A DNA stretch of 58,523 nucleotides, filler included, from Sluysia triapertura (lineage: Eukaryota): NCBI GenBank assembly GCA_046118255.1. It is 4 parts of 4 records of this genome, joined end to end, with 100 filler letters (N's around TTAATTAATTAA, not from the genome) between each part and the next. Parts side by side here need not be neighbours in the genome. Positions count along the whole stretch, not along the records: positions 13,861 to 30,036 come from JBJNIA010209368.1; positions 30,137 to 46,043 come from JBJNIA010215253.1; 2 more parts are not named here. One strand, 5' to 3'. Each line of letters opens with the position of its first letter. Position 1 is the stretch's first letter. Of this stretch, positions 26,601-39,720 are shown piece by piece. A program made the position numbers and the translations under genes. Below the pieces are notes generated by a model. That model saw nothing but the letters and a program-made list of their open reading frames with translations, did not search any database and had not been told where the DNA came from.

Positions 26601-29069
26601 CCTTGAAGTCATATTTCCAACTCCTTCCCGATGTTAGAGATGTAAGAGATATAAAATTTAAACTTCTTTGAAATTTCTACAAAGAAAGAATAGCAAATTA
26701 CTAGATTAATTAAAATGTATTCTCAAATTTATAACACAATTATACTTTAAATACAATTGCATTAAGAGCCACTCATAATTTAAACGAAAACTAAAGAAAT
26801 TAACGTTTTCTTTATTTGAAAATAATTTAAACTTAATTGTAATTTTATTATGCGGTATTTACTTTATAGTGTCTAGCAATATTTTTCCAAAAATCAGCTG
26901 TTATATAAATATAAACATCTTGTTTTCTAAATATTCTCCAACAATGATGCTTCAAATGCATTCTTTAATACAAAGAATGACTTTAGTTCATTTAGTTTTT
27001 TGTTTATTTTTTTAGACCTAACAGGTAAAGACTGTTTGTAATAAGGTTGTAAAATAATTTGATTTGAGTGAAAGTACTGTGACAGTTTAAGTAATTAAAA
27101 GTCTTAGATTAAAGTTAAATCGGAGTAACGTTAGTGAATTAAAAGTAAAAATTTCATAAAGTTCAGAGTTATTTAAGAGTCATGAATTATTAAGTTTAAT
27201 TTTGTAAGTCTAATTTAAAGAAATAACACATTTCTGTGGTTTTCTTAACACTTAACCGGTTACAGTAAACGACTTATGACGTAAAGTCAGTGTTGCCTTA
27301 ACTGCTAAAACTAACACTTTAACTCTATCAATGTTGAGGGTTTTTGTCAATAAAATTGCTCACTAAAATTCCTTAAAGGTGTTGAGTTATAAAGTTAAGT
27401 TATAAAACATTTAGGCATTTGATATTGTTTTTATAAACACAATGTTTATTATTCATTTAATATTTAAATATTATTTTTATTATAAGAATAGAAAAAATAA
27501 TATTTAAAGTTAAAAATAAATATAAATTAAATATTTTAAGTTAAATATAATGTACATATGTAAATATAAATTTAATATAAAATATTTAAAATTAAAAAAT
27601 TGTATATATTTAAAATTTAATATAAAAAAATCAAAATGTGAGAATTTGTAGAAAATAAATAGAAATTAAATAAAACTTTGATATATATTCGTGAGTCTTC
27701 TATAACACCGGCCGATGAATAGATGTCAGCGATTAAGAAAATGGAAGTACCAGAGGATTAAAGAAAATATTCTCAATTATAGTTCTGCTAATATTAGCAA
27801 GGTTATGTTCTCAAATAGTTTAAATATGATCAAAAAAGATCTTTTAAATCGAATTTAAATTTAATATAAGAAATTATCTTTTATTATGTTCTAGATTAAT
27901 TTATTAAAATTACAGTTATATAAGTTGGTTAGTTACGTAAGTTCAGTATGATTTTTTAGATTCTTGAATACAAGAGATGATAACAACTAGAAAGATTATT
28001 AATGATGAATTTATTTCATACTTTTTAAAATTTTGTGTTTTTAATAATTTGGAGATTATCTGAGTAGAATTTTTTGTGAATGCTTTTACTTATTAATATT
28101 ATTATTTATGTACTTAATTCGGTAAAATCTTTTATTTGTTTATTTTAAAATAAAAGTCAACTTATATAAAATTAATTTTCTAAAATAAGAGCAGTTAATT
28201 AAATTCAATAATTAAAAAATAAAACAATAATTAATATAAAAATTTTAAATGTAATTTTACAAGTATGAAATCCGGATCAATTATATGGCTATAAATTATA
28301 ATCAGAACGATATAATTAGTAAATATTTGTTTAAATATTATTACTTAATAATAATAATTTTGCTGAAAAATTAATATAATTTAGATAGGTAATTAAAATT
28401 TATTTTGTATTTAGGATATTTAGCATGTATGTTATTAAATTATCTTTAAAATAAAATTCACTTAATAAATTGACATAAACTAACGTTACAAAAATAAGTC
28501 TCGATTCTTAGATTAAGATCAGTCGTACCAAAGTATCTTTTTTCAGATTAATAATAATTTCGCAAGGCACTGATGATTATGACAAAAATATAACGATTCA
28601 AGATTCAAAATTAAAATTATGAAAAAATTGTAATGCATAAGGTTGGTTAATTTATATTAACATCGCATTTAAGGTGAATTAGCTGAATCATAATACTGAT
28701 TAGATGAAGATGAATCATTATACCAACAATATGATAATTACTAATGATGATAGTGCTTTTAAATAAATACTTTTAATTTACAGTAATATTTTTAACACTT
28801 TAAAATAATAATTGATAATACTTTTAGATAAATAAAATAATATTTTTTAATTTATAATAATATTTTTAATACTTTAAAATAATGGAAAATTTAATATTTA
28901 ATAACTAATAATAATAATGATAATAATAATCTAATAATCCCTCTGACGACCATTCTATTATTAAAATATTACACTAATAAATTACGCATAAATTTCCTTG
29001 AAAATTACATATTGAAAATTAAATAAAATTTAGAATTAAAATACATATTTAACAAATTAAAAATCAAAT

Positions 29070-29650
29070 TAAAAATTACACATTTTAAAAAAGTAAGACA
29101 TTTAATATTTCTTTGTTTTAACAAATTAAAAATATAATTTTGTTTTGTTGAAACAGAGAAATAAATATTCAAGATAGCTGCCTAAATTTCATATAAATAG
29201 GGAAATTTAGGCGAAGAAAATCAGTAGCAAAAATTTTAGTAACAACATTCGGACAGTTTCTTTTTGTAATCAATCCATGAATGTAAGTTTATTTTTATAA
29301 GTTTAAAGTCCTTACTGTAAAAAGAAGGACCTAAAATCTCAACTAATATTACTTCTAATTTTGATGCTAAACCGTAATAAGGCTAGCTCAACATTCAAAC
29401 TAAAATATCATTAAAATTTTATTATCATTATTTTTCTTTGTTGTATAATTATCTTAATTGCCCTGTATAAATTTAGATCTTGTCTGCTAATATACATTAA
29501 GATTTTATTCTTTTTCATAAAAAATCATTGTTTTCTCGCTAGACCGTAAAAGGCGAAAAAATATATTATCATTTTGTTATACCGTAAAAGGCTAATTTAA
29601 AATCTAAGTTTTCTCATTATATGTTAGACCGTAAAAAGGCTAACTTTAAA
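29070..29650 (+). repeat. LTR/leader-like repeat with TATA box and hairpin array; inverted homolog at about 51940-52580
   Basis: TATAAATAGG at 29192, AATC(AA/AG)TCCATG, and four YTAGACC-N-GGCTAR units, all colinear with the reverse complement of 51.9-52.6 kb. Confidence 0.7.
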
Positions 29651-29952
29651 TATAATTTTAATTGAATATATTTATCATAAGTATTACGTGACTGATCTTA
29701 AAAGTTTTATAAGCTGTTGCATGACTACTCTTAAACTTAAAATATTACGTGACTGAAGTAAATAGGACGCCTTCGTTCAGATTTAAATCGTCAATCAGGC
29801 GAACTCTCATTTCATAAGTATAAGTCAATCTTTTATTAGATAAAATACTTGCATTATAATATACTATAGATACGTTATAATAATATTTGATATGGCCAAA
29901 TATATTCTACATTTAAATTGATGATATTAGTATCATTGCATTTTTCTATTAA

Positions 29953-30036
29953 TATTATCATTATTATTATTATCATTATTATTATTATCATTATTATTAT
30001 TATTATCATTATTATTATTATTATTATCATTATTAT
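29953..30036. repeat. (TTA)n/(TCA) compound microsatellite at contig end
   Basis: Seen directly. Confidence 0.95.
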
Positions 30037-30136
30037 NNNNNNNNNNNNNNNNNNNNNNNNNNNNNNNNNNNNNNNNNNNNTTAATTAATTAANNNNNNNN
30101 NNNNNNNNNNNNNNNNNNNNNNNNNNNNNNNNNNNN
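30037..30136. other. Artificial contig-joining spacer
   Basis: 44 N + TTAATTAATTAA + 44 N. Confidence 0.97.
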
Positions 30137-30500
30137 TTCTATTTCTGAGGTATTTGTTGACGTTATTGAATGGTGTTATTGTGTTTATGATTTGTGTATT
30201 GTATATTGTGGTTGTTGTTTTTTTGAAGAGATAGCTTTTGAGTGAATGTTGTGAATTATTCGAGATTAATTATCAAAATAATGTGTGGAGTAAATGATTG
30301 AAAGTGTTACTCGGGTTGTTGTTAAATATGAGTTGTTAAGATGTTATGAATGTGTAGTATTGTTTATGGTGATTGATTTGATGTAGTTCGATAGTACGAA
30401 ATGTGATTGTTTTGGAAATTATATTTTAGTGAACTTTTGGGTTATGAATGTTGGATGCGATGTTTTAATAAATTTTAGGTTGTGAGTGTTGGCCACTACA
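30137..30500 (-). mobile_element. Copy of the TGTAGTGGCCAAC LTR-like repeat
   Basis: GTTGGCCACTACA ends at 30500. GT-rich on +, truncated by the contig edge. Confidence 0.65.
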
Positions 30501-31235
30501 GTAACTAATCACAATTTTAACCAGATCTTTTTGTCATATATCATTAAGGCTATCCTTAGTATAAATGTCGTATTACGACCTGAAAATTCTAACCTAACTA
30601 GAAATTTCTTAATTAAAACCAAACACGCTTATTTCTTCAGAGGTCCAAATTATTTAAGGAATCATTCGGTACTAGAAACTTATAAAACCATCAATTGGTA
30701 TAAACTATGTAAAATTAATCATTTAAAAATTTATTCAGTTCAAAAACATAAACTTTTAAAATCATCATCACAACATCATAATATCATCGACCACCTAAAA
30801 TGGTGTCAGAAGTATAAAAGGACCCCACTACATTTGTTGCACTCTACGGATCCAGGTTTGTTTATTTATATATATGAATACGTGAAACTTTTATATTATA
30901 AACCCGATTCCATCATTGAAAAATATATACATAGATGCAATTTTTATAGCAACGATATTAATAACAACATTACGCTAATCTTTCATGATGAAGTCGCAAA
31001 TAAATGTGATAATATAATTATGTGCAAGATGAATGAGTGTAATGAATTCCTTAAAACTTACAATACTAATTTTTCTCGTAAAAATAATCAAAATGATCAC
31101 CAACTTAATATATTTAATAATTCCATTGAAAGCTCAAACAATTATATTTTTGCTAACAAAAATATAAACTATTCGACAAATCTAAAGAACAAACATGTTA
31201 TCTTTCAACTACAAAATACATCTTGGCGTATTTAA
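30486..31235 (+). mobile_element. 249-codon ORF, possibly the N-terminal region of a Penelope-like retroelement ORF
   Basis: Longest ORF in the window. HHNIIDHLKWCQKYKRTPLHL resembles the H..FL..C......P..L motif at the N-terminus of Penelope-like ORFs. It is bracketed by two copies of the TGTAGTGGCC repeat. Confidence 0.35.
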
Positions 31236-31510
31236 AATGTTGTTGAATGTTGTGATTTAAATATTTTGTGTTGTGTTTGTAATTTGGTTTGAGAAGATGA
31301 CTATTGAGTGAATGTTATGGATTGTTTCGCATTAGTTAACAAAGTGTGGTATGAGATGGATGGTTGAGAATATTAGACGAGTTGTTTAAGAAGTATATGT
31401 TGTTGAAATATTACGAACTAATTGTTGTAGTTTGGTAATGTTGAATGTGATTGTGATTTGAGTGTTATAATGTTTTAGTGAATTTTAAATTATGGGTGTT
31501 AGCCATTACA
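31236..31510 (-). mobile_element. Copy of the TGTAGTGGCCAAC LTR-like repeat
   Basis: GTTAGCCATTACA ends at 31510. Shares blocks such as TGAAGA..TGAGTGAATGTT and TTTTAGTGAA with the 30137-30500 copy. Confidence 0.65.
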
Positions 31511-31523
31511 CCTAATTAGTATA

Positions 31524-31590
31524 ATTGACTATAATAAAATAAAATTGTTAGATGGGTTGATAACTCAGTGGTCAGTCCATTTTATGAAGT
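31524..31590 (+). repeat. Second, more deleted copy of the tRNA-containing repeat
   Basis: Same 5' flank ATTGACTATAATAAAATAAAATTGTTAGATG and 3' GGTCAGTCCATTTTATGAAGT as 23583-23676. Confidence 0.75.
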
Positions 31591-31591
<1 letters not shown>

Positions 31592-31648
<57 letters not shown>

Positions 31649-31667
31649 CAACAACAACAACAACAAT
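31592..31667. repeat. (AAT)n(AAC)n microsatellite
   Basis: Seen directly; it immediately follows the tRNA-derived repeat. Confidence 0.95.
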
Positions 31668-31959
31668 GAATTGAATTGCATAAACTTCTTATACTTATTT
31701 CTCTATAATTTAAAAATTCTTGTTTTCTACTGATCTTTCTTAAAAGATTGCTTATTTCTTAGATAAAATAATAAGATGAATTCCTTATTACGTATGCTTC
31801 TATTCCTTACTTATTTCTGTTTCTGTTACATAATTCTGTTTATTTCATATATTTTTCTCTTCAAATTCGTTTACATTTCTTAATTATTATTGTTTTTTAA
31901 ACAGCATTATGCAGTAATAAAAAAAGTAACAACGTAGTTGAAGGTATTAAAAGAAATTT

Positions 31960-32136
31960 CATTTTGATTATAATGATGTTTAGATGAGCTTTTCAAATGT
32001 AAATTTAATGTTTTTCAATAATATTAAGGATTTGGATGTTGAAGAACTGTGAATTTAAAAAGTTTTAAAGTATCTAAAATTTTGATGAGTCTAAAAAAGT
32101 AAAATGTGATTTTAAGTAATAATGTTGGCCACCACA
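31960..32136 (-). mobile_element. Partial copy of the same LTR-like repeat family
   Basis: GTTGGCCACCACA at 32124-32136. Shares TTGGATGTTGAA..TGTGAATTTAAA with the 36.6-37.07 kb copy. Confidence 0.55.
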
Positions 32137-32504
32137 TATTTTCAATTTTCGAAATTGAAATCTCCTTATAATAATAAATCTTACCAAATAACCAAGTAAA
32201 CGGATGAGTAATATCCTTTAAAGCTGGCTGAAACCGAATTAATTAAATCAAAATGGCGCATCAACTTAAATGAAATTGTGACCTGTAAAATTTTATCTAA
32301 TTTGAATAACTAAAATAAATTGTGTGGCAAATTGAACTGATTCTAGCTTATATACTAGTCATCAGCCAATAGGAATCGATGGATTGTTTTGTTCTATTTT
32401 TAGAAGCTTATTTTCTTTTTTCGAAATTTTATTTTCTTTTTGGAAACAAATATTTTTTGGTGATTTGGAGCTAAATTTTTTAATGATATTTTACATAATT
32501 TTAG

Positions 32505-32539
32505 AGGGTTGCGATGGCTTCTAAGAAGCTTCATATTTC
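32505..32539 (+). CDS. Possible small upstream exon of the ENTPD-like gene (RVAMASKKLHIS)
   Basis: ttttag|AGG GTT GCG ATG...ATT TC|gt, followed by a 45-nt pyrimidine-rich intron ending cttag that keeps phase with the 32585 exon. Confidence 0.4.
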
Positions 32540-32584
32540 GTATTTTTTTGAATTTGCTTTATTTAATTTTCTCGCTTTACTTAG

Positions 32585-32961
32585 CTTATGTACATATTCA
32601 GGTTTACTGTACAAAATTGTATCACCCTGCCTACCTTCTGATTTCCGTGGAATTCTGTATCATCATGGACATCAGTATTCATTATCCGGTGCCGCTTTCA
32701 ATTCATCGCCATCATCACAATTCGATTCATGTTACCAAAGTGCTAAACAATTGATTAGCAATTATATACAAACCAAAAATCCTACAATGGCTACTGTGAT
32801 GTCTCATGCTCATTTATCTGGAGAATCGTCTTCAATGGTACATTTCTTTTTGTTTGGATATTTCTACGATCGAATATTCGATTTTTATGAATTTTTCCAT
32901 CAAAATGACATATTACCACGTGAAATATCTGTAAATAGTTATTACGAGTATGCCCAAATAG
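32585..32961 (+). CDS. Nucleoside diphosphatase/apyrase (GDA1/CD39 family, ENTPD5/6-like), internal exon
   Basis: Encodes IVSPCLP...YHHGHQYSLSG...FDSCYQSAKQLI...FFLFGYFYDRI...ISVNSYYEYAQI, resembling ENTPD5/6 SPCLP..KYQYGG..FEPCY..FYAFSYYYDR..VEDFERKA. Donor ATAG|gttatt at 32962. The acceptor is cttag (32584), or alternatively ttcag (32601). Confidence 0.85.
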
Positions 32962-33243
32962 GTTATTATTTATTAATTATTGTTATTTGGTTCATTTTCA
33001 TATTTTATGAACAAAGTCGTTTTATCTAAGTAATTATTAAAATGATTCAATTTAGCATTATATATTTCATCACTTAGTGGCACAATTGCGTTACGATTTA
33101 CTTCTGCATAGATATATTCTTTTATAATCTGTCAAACAGAAGAAACTCATTCTGGTTCTTACCGATGTCAAGTTGTAGATATTCCATGAAATTAAAAGTA
33201 GAGGTTATTTTAAAAATCAGAAACTATAAAGCGTATTTTTCGA

Positions 33244-33376
33244 TAAGGACAGTTACCAGTGCACGGACAGCGACGGCTATAGCCGTTTTCTCGATATTCA
33301 TGCTGTGACAAGACGACGGCAATAGTTAAAACGTGATTTAATTCTCAACGGCAATAGCGGTAGTCTGTTTGCCTTA
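33244..33376. mobile_element. Small MITE-like element in the ENTPD intron
   Basis: Imperfect TIRs (TAAGG-ACAGTTACC / GGTAGTCTGTTTGCCTTA). Three ACGGC(T/A)ATAG units, one a perfect 14-bp palindrome ACGGCTATAGCCGT (33273-33286). Confidence 0.45.
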
Positions 33377-33734
33377 ATTCTTCATACATACATGAATCAT
33401 GTCACCATAGAGAACAAGGTACAAATCACAAGTTTGTACAAATCTGCATAAACCTGACGTTTATACGATAAAAATCAATGTTTTGTCACAAACATGTTAA
33501 TTATTTCAACAAAGAATATTGGATGCTCAATAAAAACAATCCATTTATCAAACGCCACTACTTGATTTACTCAGTAAGAAGTTTATTCGAAATGTTATTA
33601 CTACTCTGTTTCAAATAGGAAGGTTGTAAGTAGGGATAAAAAATTAGTCGATATGATACAAAGATATCGATATTAAAAAGATTATGCTGTCTTTTTAATT
33701 TGTATTTATTATTATTATTATTATTCTTATTAAG

Positions 33735-33841
33735 CATGTTCTAGTAACAAGAAATATAGTCCGTATCAATGTGCTGATCTCTCGTTTATTTATTCGCTCT
33801 TAAAAGATGGTCTACGGTTGGACAACAACACACGTTTGCAT
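33735..33841 (+). CDS. ENTPD5/6-like apyrase, next exon
   Basis: taag|CA TGT...CAT|gttaat joins the previous exon in phase, giving (I)ACSSNKKYSPYQCADLSFIYSLLKDGLRLDNNTRLH. Compare ENTPD5 VC...[28 protein letters not shown]. Confidence 0.88.
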
Positions 33842-36639
33842 GTTAATTTTATTTTATAAATTTATCATTTATTGCTTTCTTAGCTTAATTTAAAAATTCA
33901 TTTCTAAAACAACTATTTTAAGTATTAAATTATACAAAAATATGACATTGTTTTTGTCAAATATGCACACATTTGTTGAATGTTAATTTTTTATCTCTTT
34001 GATTGATTATGTCAGTTTCCTGATCCCCATGATTATTTAGATGATATTTTATCTTAAGTTATTATAGGAATTTTTTGGAAATTGGATTTTAAAAATATAT
34101 TTATAAGTGTTCCCAACTGCCCACTTTTTCTCATCAATCATAGTTGTTTACATTTACTTGATTATTGTAAATAATATAAATACATTATTAAACAAATGGT
34201 TTACTCTGCTTACTCTACCTGTATTTTTATTTTGTAATTGACACATTTTTCCGACTTCAGTTAATTGAATTTGACTGTAAACCCTGTTTTGTTTAAAGCA
34301 GATATTGTTATAGTTTTTATTGTTTATTATTATAATAGTGACAGTTCTCTACACACTTTACATTATAATTCTGGTCACATTTATATCCAATTTGTTGATG
34401 TGTATTTATCAGTGTTATTTATTCTATTCTATATTGTATTAATTTATATTAGTTTAATTTTAATTTGTTATAGTAGGCTTTACTTTAATTTTTATTAAAA
34501 TTTATTCTGTTTTGTGACTGTCTACTTTAATATAAAATTTTCAACTTCGGGGTAATGTGTAAACTTTATAATTTTTATTTTTTATTGTAAAAACTTGTAA
34601 CTTTTATAAGGATATGTTAATAATGATGCGAAAATTAAAGAATATATGAAATTCACTATATAAATCTAAATAAGTGTGATTATATATTGTTATTAATAAA
34701 TGAAGGAATGTCTGATATTAATGTATGCATAATCAATGAGCCAACATAATAATGATGAAATTTAATAGCACTGAATAAATATGTATGTTGAATGTGTGAT
34801 AAATTTTATACGAACTATATTCACGAACGAATGTGATAAAAATAAACTATAAGATCTGGTATTCAGGGATATATAATGTTAATATATAACAAATAATAAA
34901 TGTTGCGCTATAACAAATTATGTTAATATCTATAAGCAATGCAGGTTTATAAAAGGATGACTCGTGAATATAATTCGTCTATAATTTCATCGCTTATTCC
35001 GGTATTATTCGGCTTGATCAACTCGAATCAAATTTGAAACGATCGAAATAATTCAACTCGCATTTTTGACTTGCTATTCTAACTAAATACATTTGATTTC
35101 GTACGTGAGTAATTGTTTAATTTTCAACAGTGAACTATTATAAAATTTTGTAGGAATCGTAAATACACCTTCCTTTTAAAAGAAGGTGTAATAATTCATC
35201 ATAATTGTGTTTGTAATCTTTACATAAAAGTAGTCTTATAAAAACAATTAAGGGGATTGAAAACTGAAATTTGTTTAAATCTAATTACAAAAAAATTTAA
35301 TTTAATCACCTTTAATCTTTAAGATCAGAGATGAGTATTGAACTCACTCTTCAAGATTAATTTTATAAGAAAACCGTCGAATAAATTAAACAAGAGACTA
35401 TTTAATCCTATAATGTTGGAAAATAAAATATGAAAAACGAGTGCTTGTGACGTGTGAATAATACCTTTAAAATCTAATGTTTAAAAATAGTGAGCCATAT
35501 TTAAATAAAACGTACTAACAAATAATAAGCTGTAAAATACTGAAAATTATAAAATGTAATACTTTCTATAATGTTTGAATAAATCAAATGTTTAATTAAA
35601 TATTTTAAATGGAACGTATAATAATTATAGTAGCAAATAGTGAGCCATAAACGAAAACTAACGAGGTATGAAAATGAATAAATGATGAGCTATAAAGGAA
35701 TCGATAAATTTAATAGAAAACTGAACGTATGCTAAAAATTATAGTAATAAATCTTTTCGCAATGATTGTTTTTGTCTAAAATGGACAAATGTTTTTTAAA
35801 GATCACGCATTACTGCCATTTATATAAGTTATCGTGATCGTTGTAGAAATTTTGTCAGCTTCAACTTGAATTTTACAATTAGATGATAGATTAGAAATGA
35901 ATACCAATGAGAAGCCCTGTATTCTAATATGCAGTGGAACCTGTCCAATAAAGACTTAATTTTAATTTGGTTTTAAATTTAAAGCCCTCCAAACCTAAAA
36001 TCTTTAAATTTGTAGACTTCAATGTTAAACTTTAAAATTTCAAATCAATCCACATTCACGATAAAGATTTCCCTGGTGTCAGCAACTATTATTGGGCTAT
36101 GGTCTAATTGATATTTGCTTCATGCTACATAAGTGAGTGAAGTGCTTATATTTCTGTGTTAGACTTAAGAAACACAAAGGGTTTAGGGTCACATGTATTT
36201 TGGCTATATTATTGAAAAGAAAAATTTGTAAATTCATATTACCGATTTTTAAATTATAGATATTTATATTAATTTTACCAACATTTTTATAAAATTTCAT
36301 TAATTTATATTCATTCTTTTTAAAAAATTTTAGTTTTAAATTTACTATAAAAGAATTTCAAGTATTATAACATATTTATTTTTATCAAAACTAAGATTGT
36401 TAATGACGTTATAGTTATTGGGCGTAATGTTTTTCGGATACTGCACTGTCTCTTCCTTAGGTTGTAGCATCCTAGAATAAGGAAAATCAAAATTTGTTAA
36501 TGCTTTTAACTTAAATTATTTTAAATAAAATTCTTTTCAGTTCTTTTCTTTTTTGTTTGTGTAAATACTTCATTTCTTTCTTTAAATGCTTTTTAAATTA
36601 TTAGTTCTAATTTTTATTTCCTTTGAAAGAGACTTTATT

Positions 36640-37072
36640 CGGTGATTACAAAGATGTGAATTGTGGAAAGAGTTGATAACAGAATGTTTGAAGGAAATAA
36701 TGCATAACTAAAAATGTTAAAGGTTTTAAAATGTGAATTTAATGTTTTTCAATGATATAAAACGTTGAGTGTTGAAAAACTGAAATTGAATATTTTGGAT
36801 TAATTTCGAAATAGATATTTGATGATTTAAGGTATAATTGTGGTTCTAATGTTATGGGATAATGAATAAAATGTTTTAAATGAATTTTTAAATGTGTATT
36901 GATGGTTTTGAAAGTAAGTATAGTTTGGATGTTGAAAGATTGTGAATTTAAATGTTTTAAAGTATGCAAAGGTTCTAAATAATCTGGGCAGGTAAAATAT
37001 AAAATGTTAATACATGTGATATTGCGAATAAGAAAATTAATCTGAACTTTAAATTAAAGGTTGGCCACAACA
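36640..37072 (-). mobile_element. Copy of the same LTR-like repeat family
   Basis: GTTGGCCACAACA ends at 37072. GT-rich body; the left boundary is approximate. Confidence 0.55.
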
Positions 37073-38273
37073 AAGGGGATATCATTTTTACCACAAAAGC
37101 TGTTAATGCCATTATAAAAAGATGTGCTGTTTATTATTTTTGCTTGTGGATGTGTCACATTGTTGTCTGTACAGAATATATTTTATAAGAAATTAGTAAC
37201 GAGATAATATATAATAAATTAATCGTGTGTCATTATTTTATTTATTTTTATTCTGAATTATTTCATATCCTATGTATTTTAGGAAAAGGAAACGAAATAT
37301 TAAATGTTTATTTTTAAGAAATGGATTGATTTTTCTTTTTGATTATTCTTATACAACTCTGTCTTTTTGTATAATAGTTTTATCTGTCTCTTGCGACGAT
37401 TGTGCTTTTACGAATGCGTCAATCCAGGAAGATAATTTGCCAGCGATATTTTTATGTTTGCTTCTTGATTTGTCTAATAAAATATTCATCTTTTGTAATT
37501 TCTACCTGTAATTAAAGTTTTATTATTTGATTAACCGTTACTTTGTAATTCTAATATTATTAAAATACAAATTTAATCATGAAACAGAATAAAATAACCA
37601 AAAATAACATATAAACACAAAAATACATAAAATATAAAACATATATAAAACGTATAAACATCTAATTACATATTCAGAAAAATCTGCCATTCAAACCATT
37701 AATTAAACACAATATGCAATGTTTTATTAATTACAATTTCAGTAAATAATTTAAGAGTAAAAAAGTAATTTAATAATTTCAATGATTTTATTTCTAGCTT
37801 AAACTAGAATCAAATAAGTTAGATTTTAAGTCGTATTTTATGACTTTACGTATAAAAATAAAAAATCCAACTATAAGAAACTTACAGAATCTATTGTTAG
37901 CCTCTCGAGAATTCTCTAGATATCTTCAATCAAATAGTTTCTTATTACGTAGATAGAATACTTCAACTTAATTTTACTTGTCCAATCAAAATTTCTTTAA
38001 AAAACTTTAGAACTTTCTCCAATCTATTGATGTTCCTTGCTAACAAATTACTATTTTTAACCTAAAATCTATTGTTATTTGTGAGTTTAGGTTTATTTAT
38101 ACTAACTTCAATTATAATTTTAAGAACAAATGTTTAATTGTTCACTTATATGAAAAATTAGTTAAAATTGTTAATTTAAAATTTAAAATAATAGTCTTAC
38201 AAATGCTTACTCTAATAGGAAGATTTGTCCTCAAATGAAAATAAATGTTGATTATAAAATGAAATCACGAATG

Positions 38274-38449
38274 TGTAGTGGCCAACTCAATGATTTGAAA
38301 TTTTATTCTAATAACACATTACAAAATCACTATTCAAAACATTTCATAATTCTAAACACTTCTAAACATAAAATTTCATAACATCAGATTCACATTCAAT
38401 ACCGAAAATCATCAAAGATTTACTTAAAAAGTTAATCCAAAATACTGCA
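38274..38449 (+). mobile_element. 5' fragment of the same LTR-like repeat, interrupted at 38450
   Basis: TGTAGTGGCCAAC at 38274, CA-rich up to about 38449. Confidence 0.55.
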
Positions 38450-39241
38450 TGTGGGGAAGGCTTTTTATATTTTACTATTATCAAATTATAATTATTTTCA
38501 TTTGTCTTTATATTATAAAGGTTAAAAAATTTCATTAACGAGAAACGATTAAAATTTAGCATTAAAACTATAACAAATTTTTTAATTATCAAACTGTAAA
38601 TAAAGAACGAATAAAAGGTTTAATAACGAAATATTGAAATTCAAAGTAATCATTTTCTGTAAAAATAGGTCTTAATGAAGGTAAAATTTGGGTAATAAAA
38701 TAGGTTCCATATAGAGGATGATTAATTTGAGTAAAGTTTTTAAATGAACAAGTCAAATTGGTTGACATCGAAAAATTAAAGTTGCAATTGTTGATAAATT
38801 CTGCTGCCACATATTGCATTAGTGTCAAGTCCTTCTACATCAATAGACATACTGAAGCATAATTTGAGTAATCATATAATTCACTGTTATTATTAAGAAA
38901 AACGTGTGATAAATTTGTCAATGTTTTGAATTTATCACGATATTCCGTTTCAAAAAGATAGCATAATATTCAATAATAATGTCGGTGTAAATATAACAAT
39001 ATCAGGTAGAATAAATGGAAAGGTTGATAATAAGGATAAAGAAATAAAAATGATAACAATAATGTTTTATTATTATATGTTTTAAAATAATGGTATTGTT
39101 GATGTTAATATAAAAGTTATTAAGTGGTAATCGTGGCAATTATATTATACGACAATAATCATAATAATTGTTATATTTTTAATACGACTGGAATTATAGT
39201 TCATGATAATTATGTACAATGGTTATGTTTGTTTTTTGAAT

Positions 39242-39720
39242 GAGTCTAGTAGTTTGTTTAATGTGTTCTGTATAAGTAAGTGATGTTTTTATGTGATGAA
39301 GCATGTATATTTTGATGCGATTTCTCTACACTTTACATAAAATCACATTCCATAACATTTTAACCATTCTTACATCTAAACCTTTTTGCATTTTATTTCC
39401 TTTACTTCCACTAAAACTTATCCTATACTTCTCAGTACATCCCTGTTTCGTACTTCAACATTAAAAATACATAAACTCTCAGTAATAACAGACATCTAAA
39501 AAATTCATAAAGACATTTTACGCATAGTCCTATAACAGCATAACCATAATCACATTTGTTTACATCTTACAACTACCTTTAGAATGTAATAAGACCAGTA
39601 ATATATTTCAATTCTTTCAGATTCTCCAAAATCATTTTTTAATATTATTTTTTCGAACGAGTCTAGTAGTTTGTTTAATGTTCTGCATAAGTAAGTGATG
39701 CTTTTATGTGATGAATCATG
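39242..39720 (+). repeat. Two ~63-bp direct repeats (39242-39305, 39659-39720) flanking a CA-rich insert
   Basis: GAGTCTAGTAGTTTGTTTAATG..TTCTG(T/C)ATAAGTAAGTGATG(T/C)TTTTATGTGATGAA(G/T)CATG occurs twice. Confidence 0.9.

Noticed and set aside
31545-31733. Poly-Asn ORF
   Set aside because: Translation of an (AAT)n(AAC)n microsatellite.
32185-32282. Minus-strand exon-like segment (ttacag|...|gtaaga), and a plus-strand KLAETELIKSKWRINLNEI resembling receptor guanylyl cyclase juxtamembrane sequence
   Set aside because: No partner exons or recognisable family. Too short to support either reading.
32514-33029. 171-aa single ORF with hydrophobic ends
   Set aside because: Both hydrophobic stretches are read-through into introns. 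The real coding part is the ENTPD-like exon.
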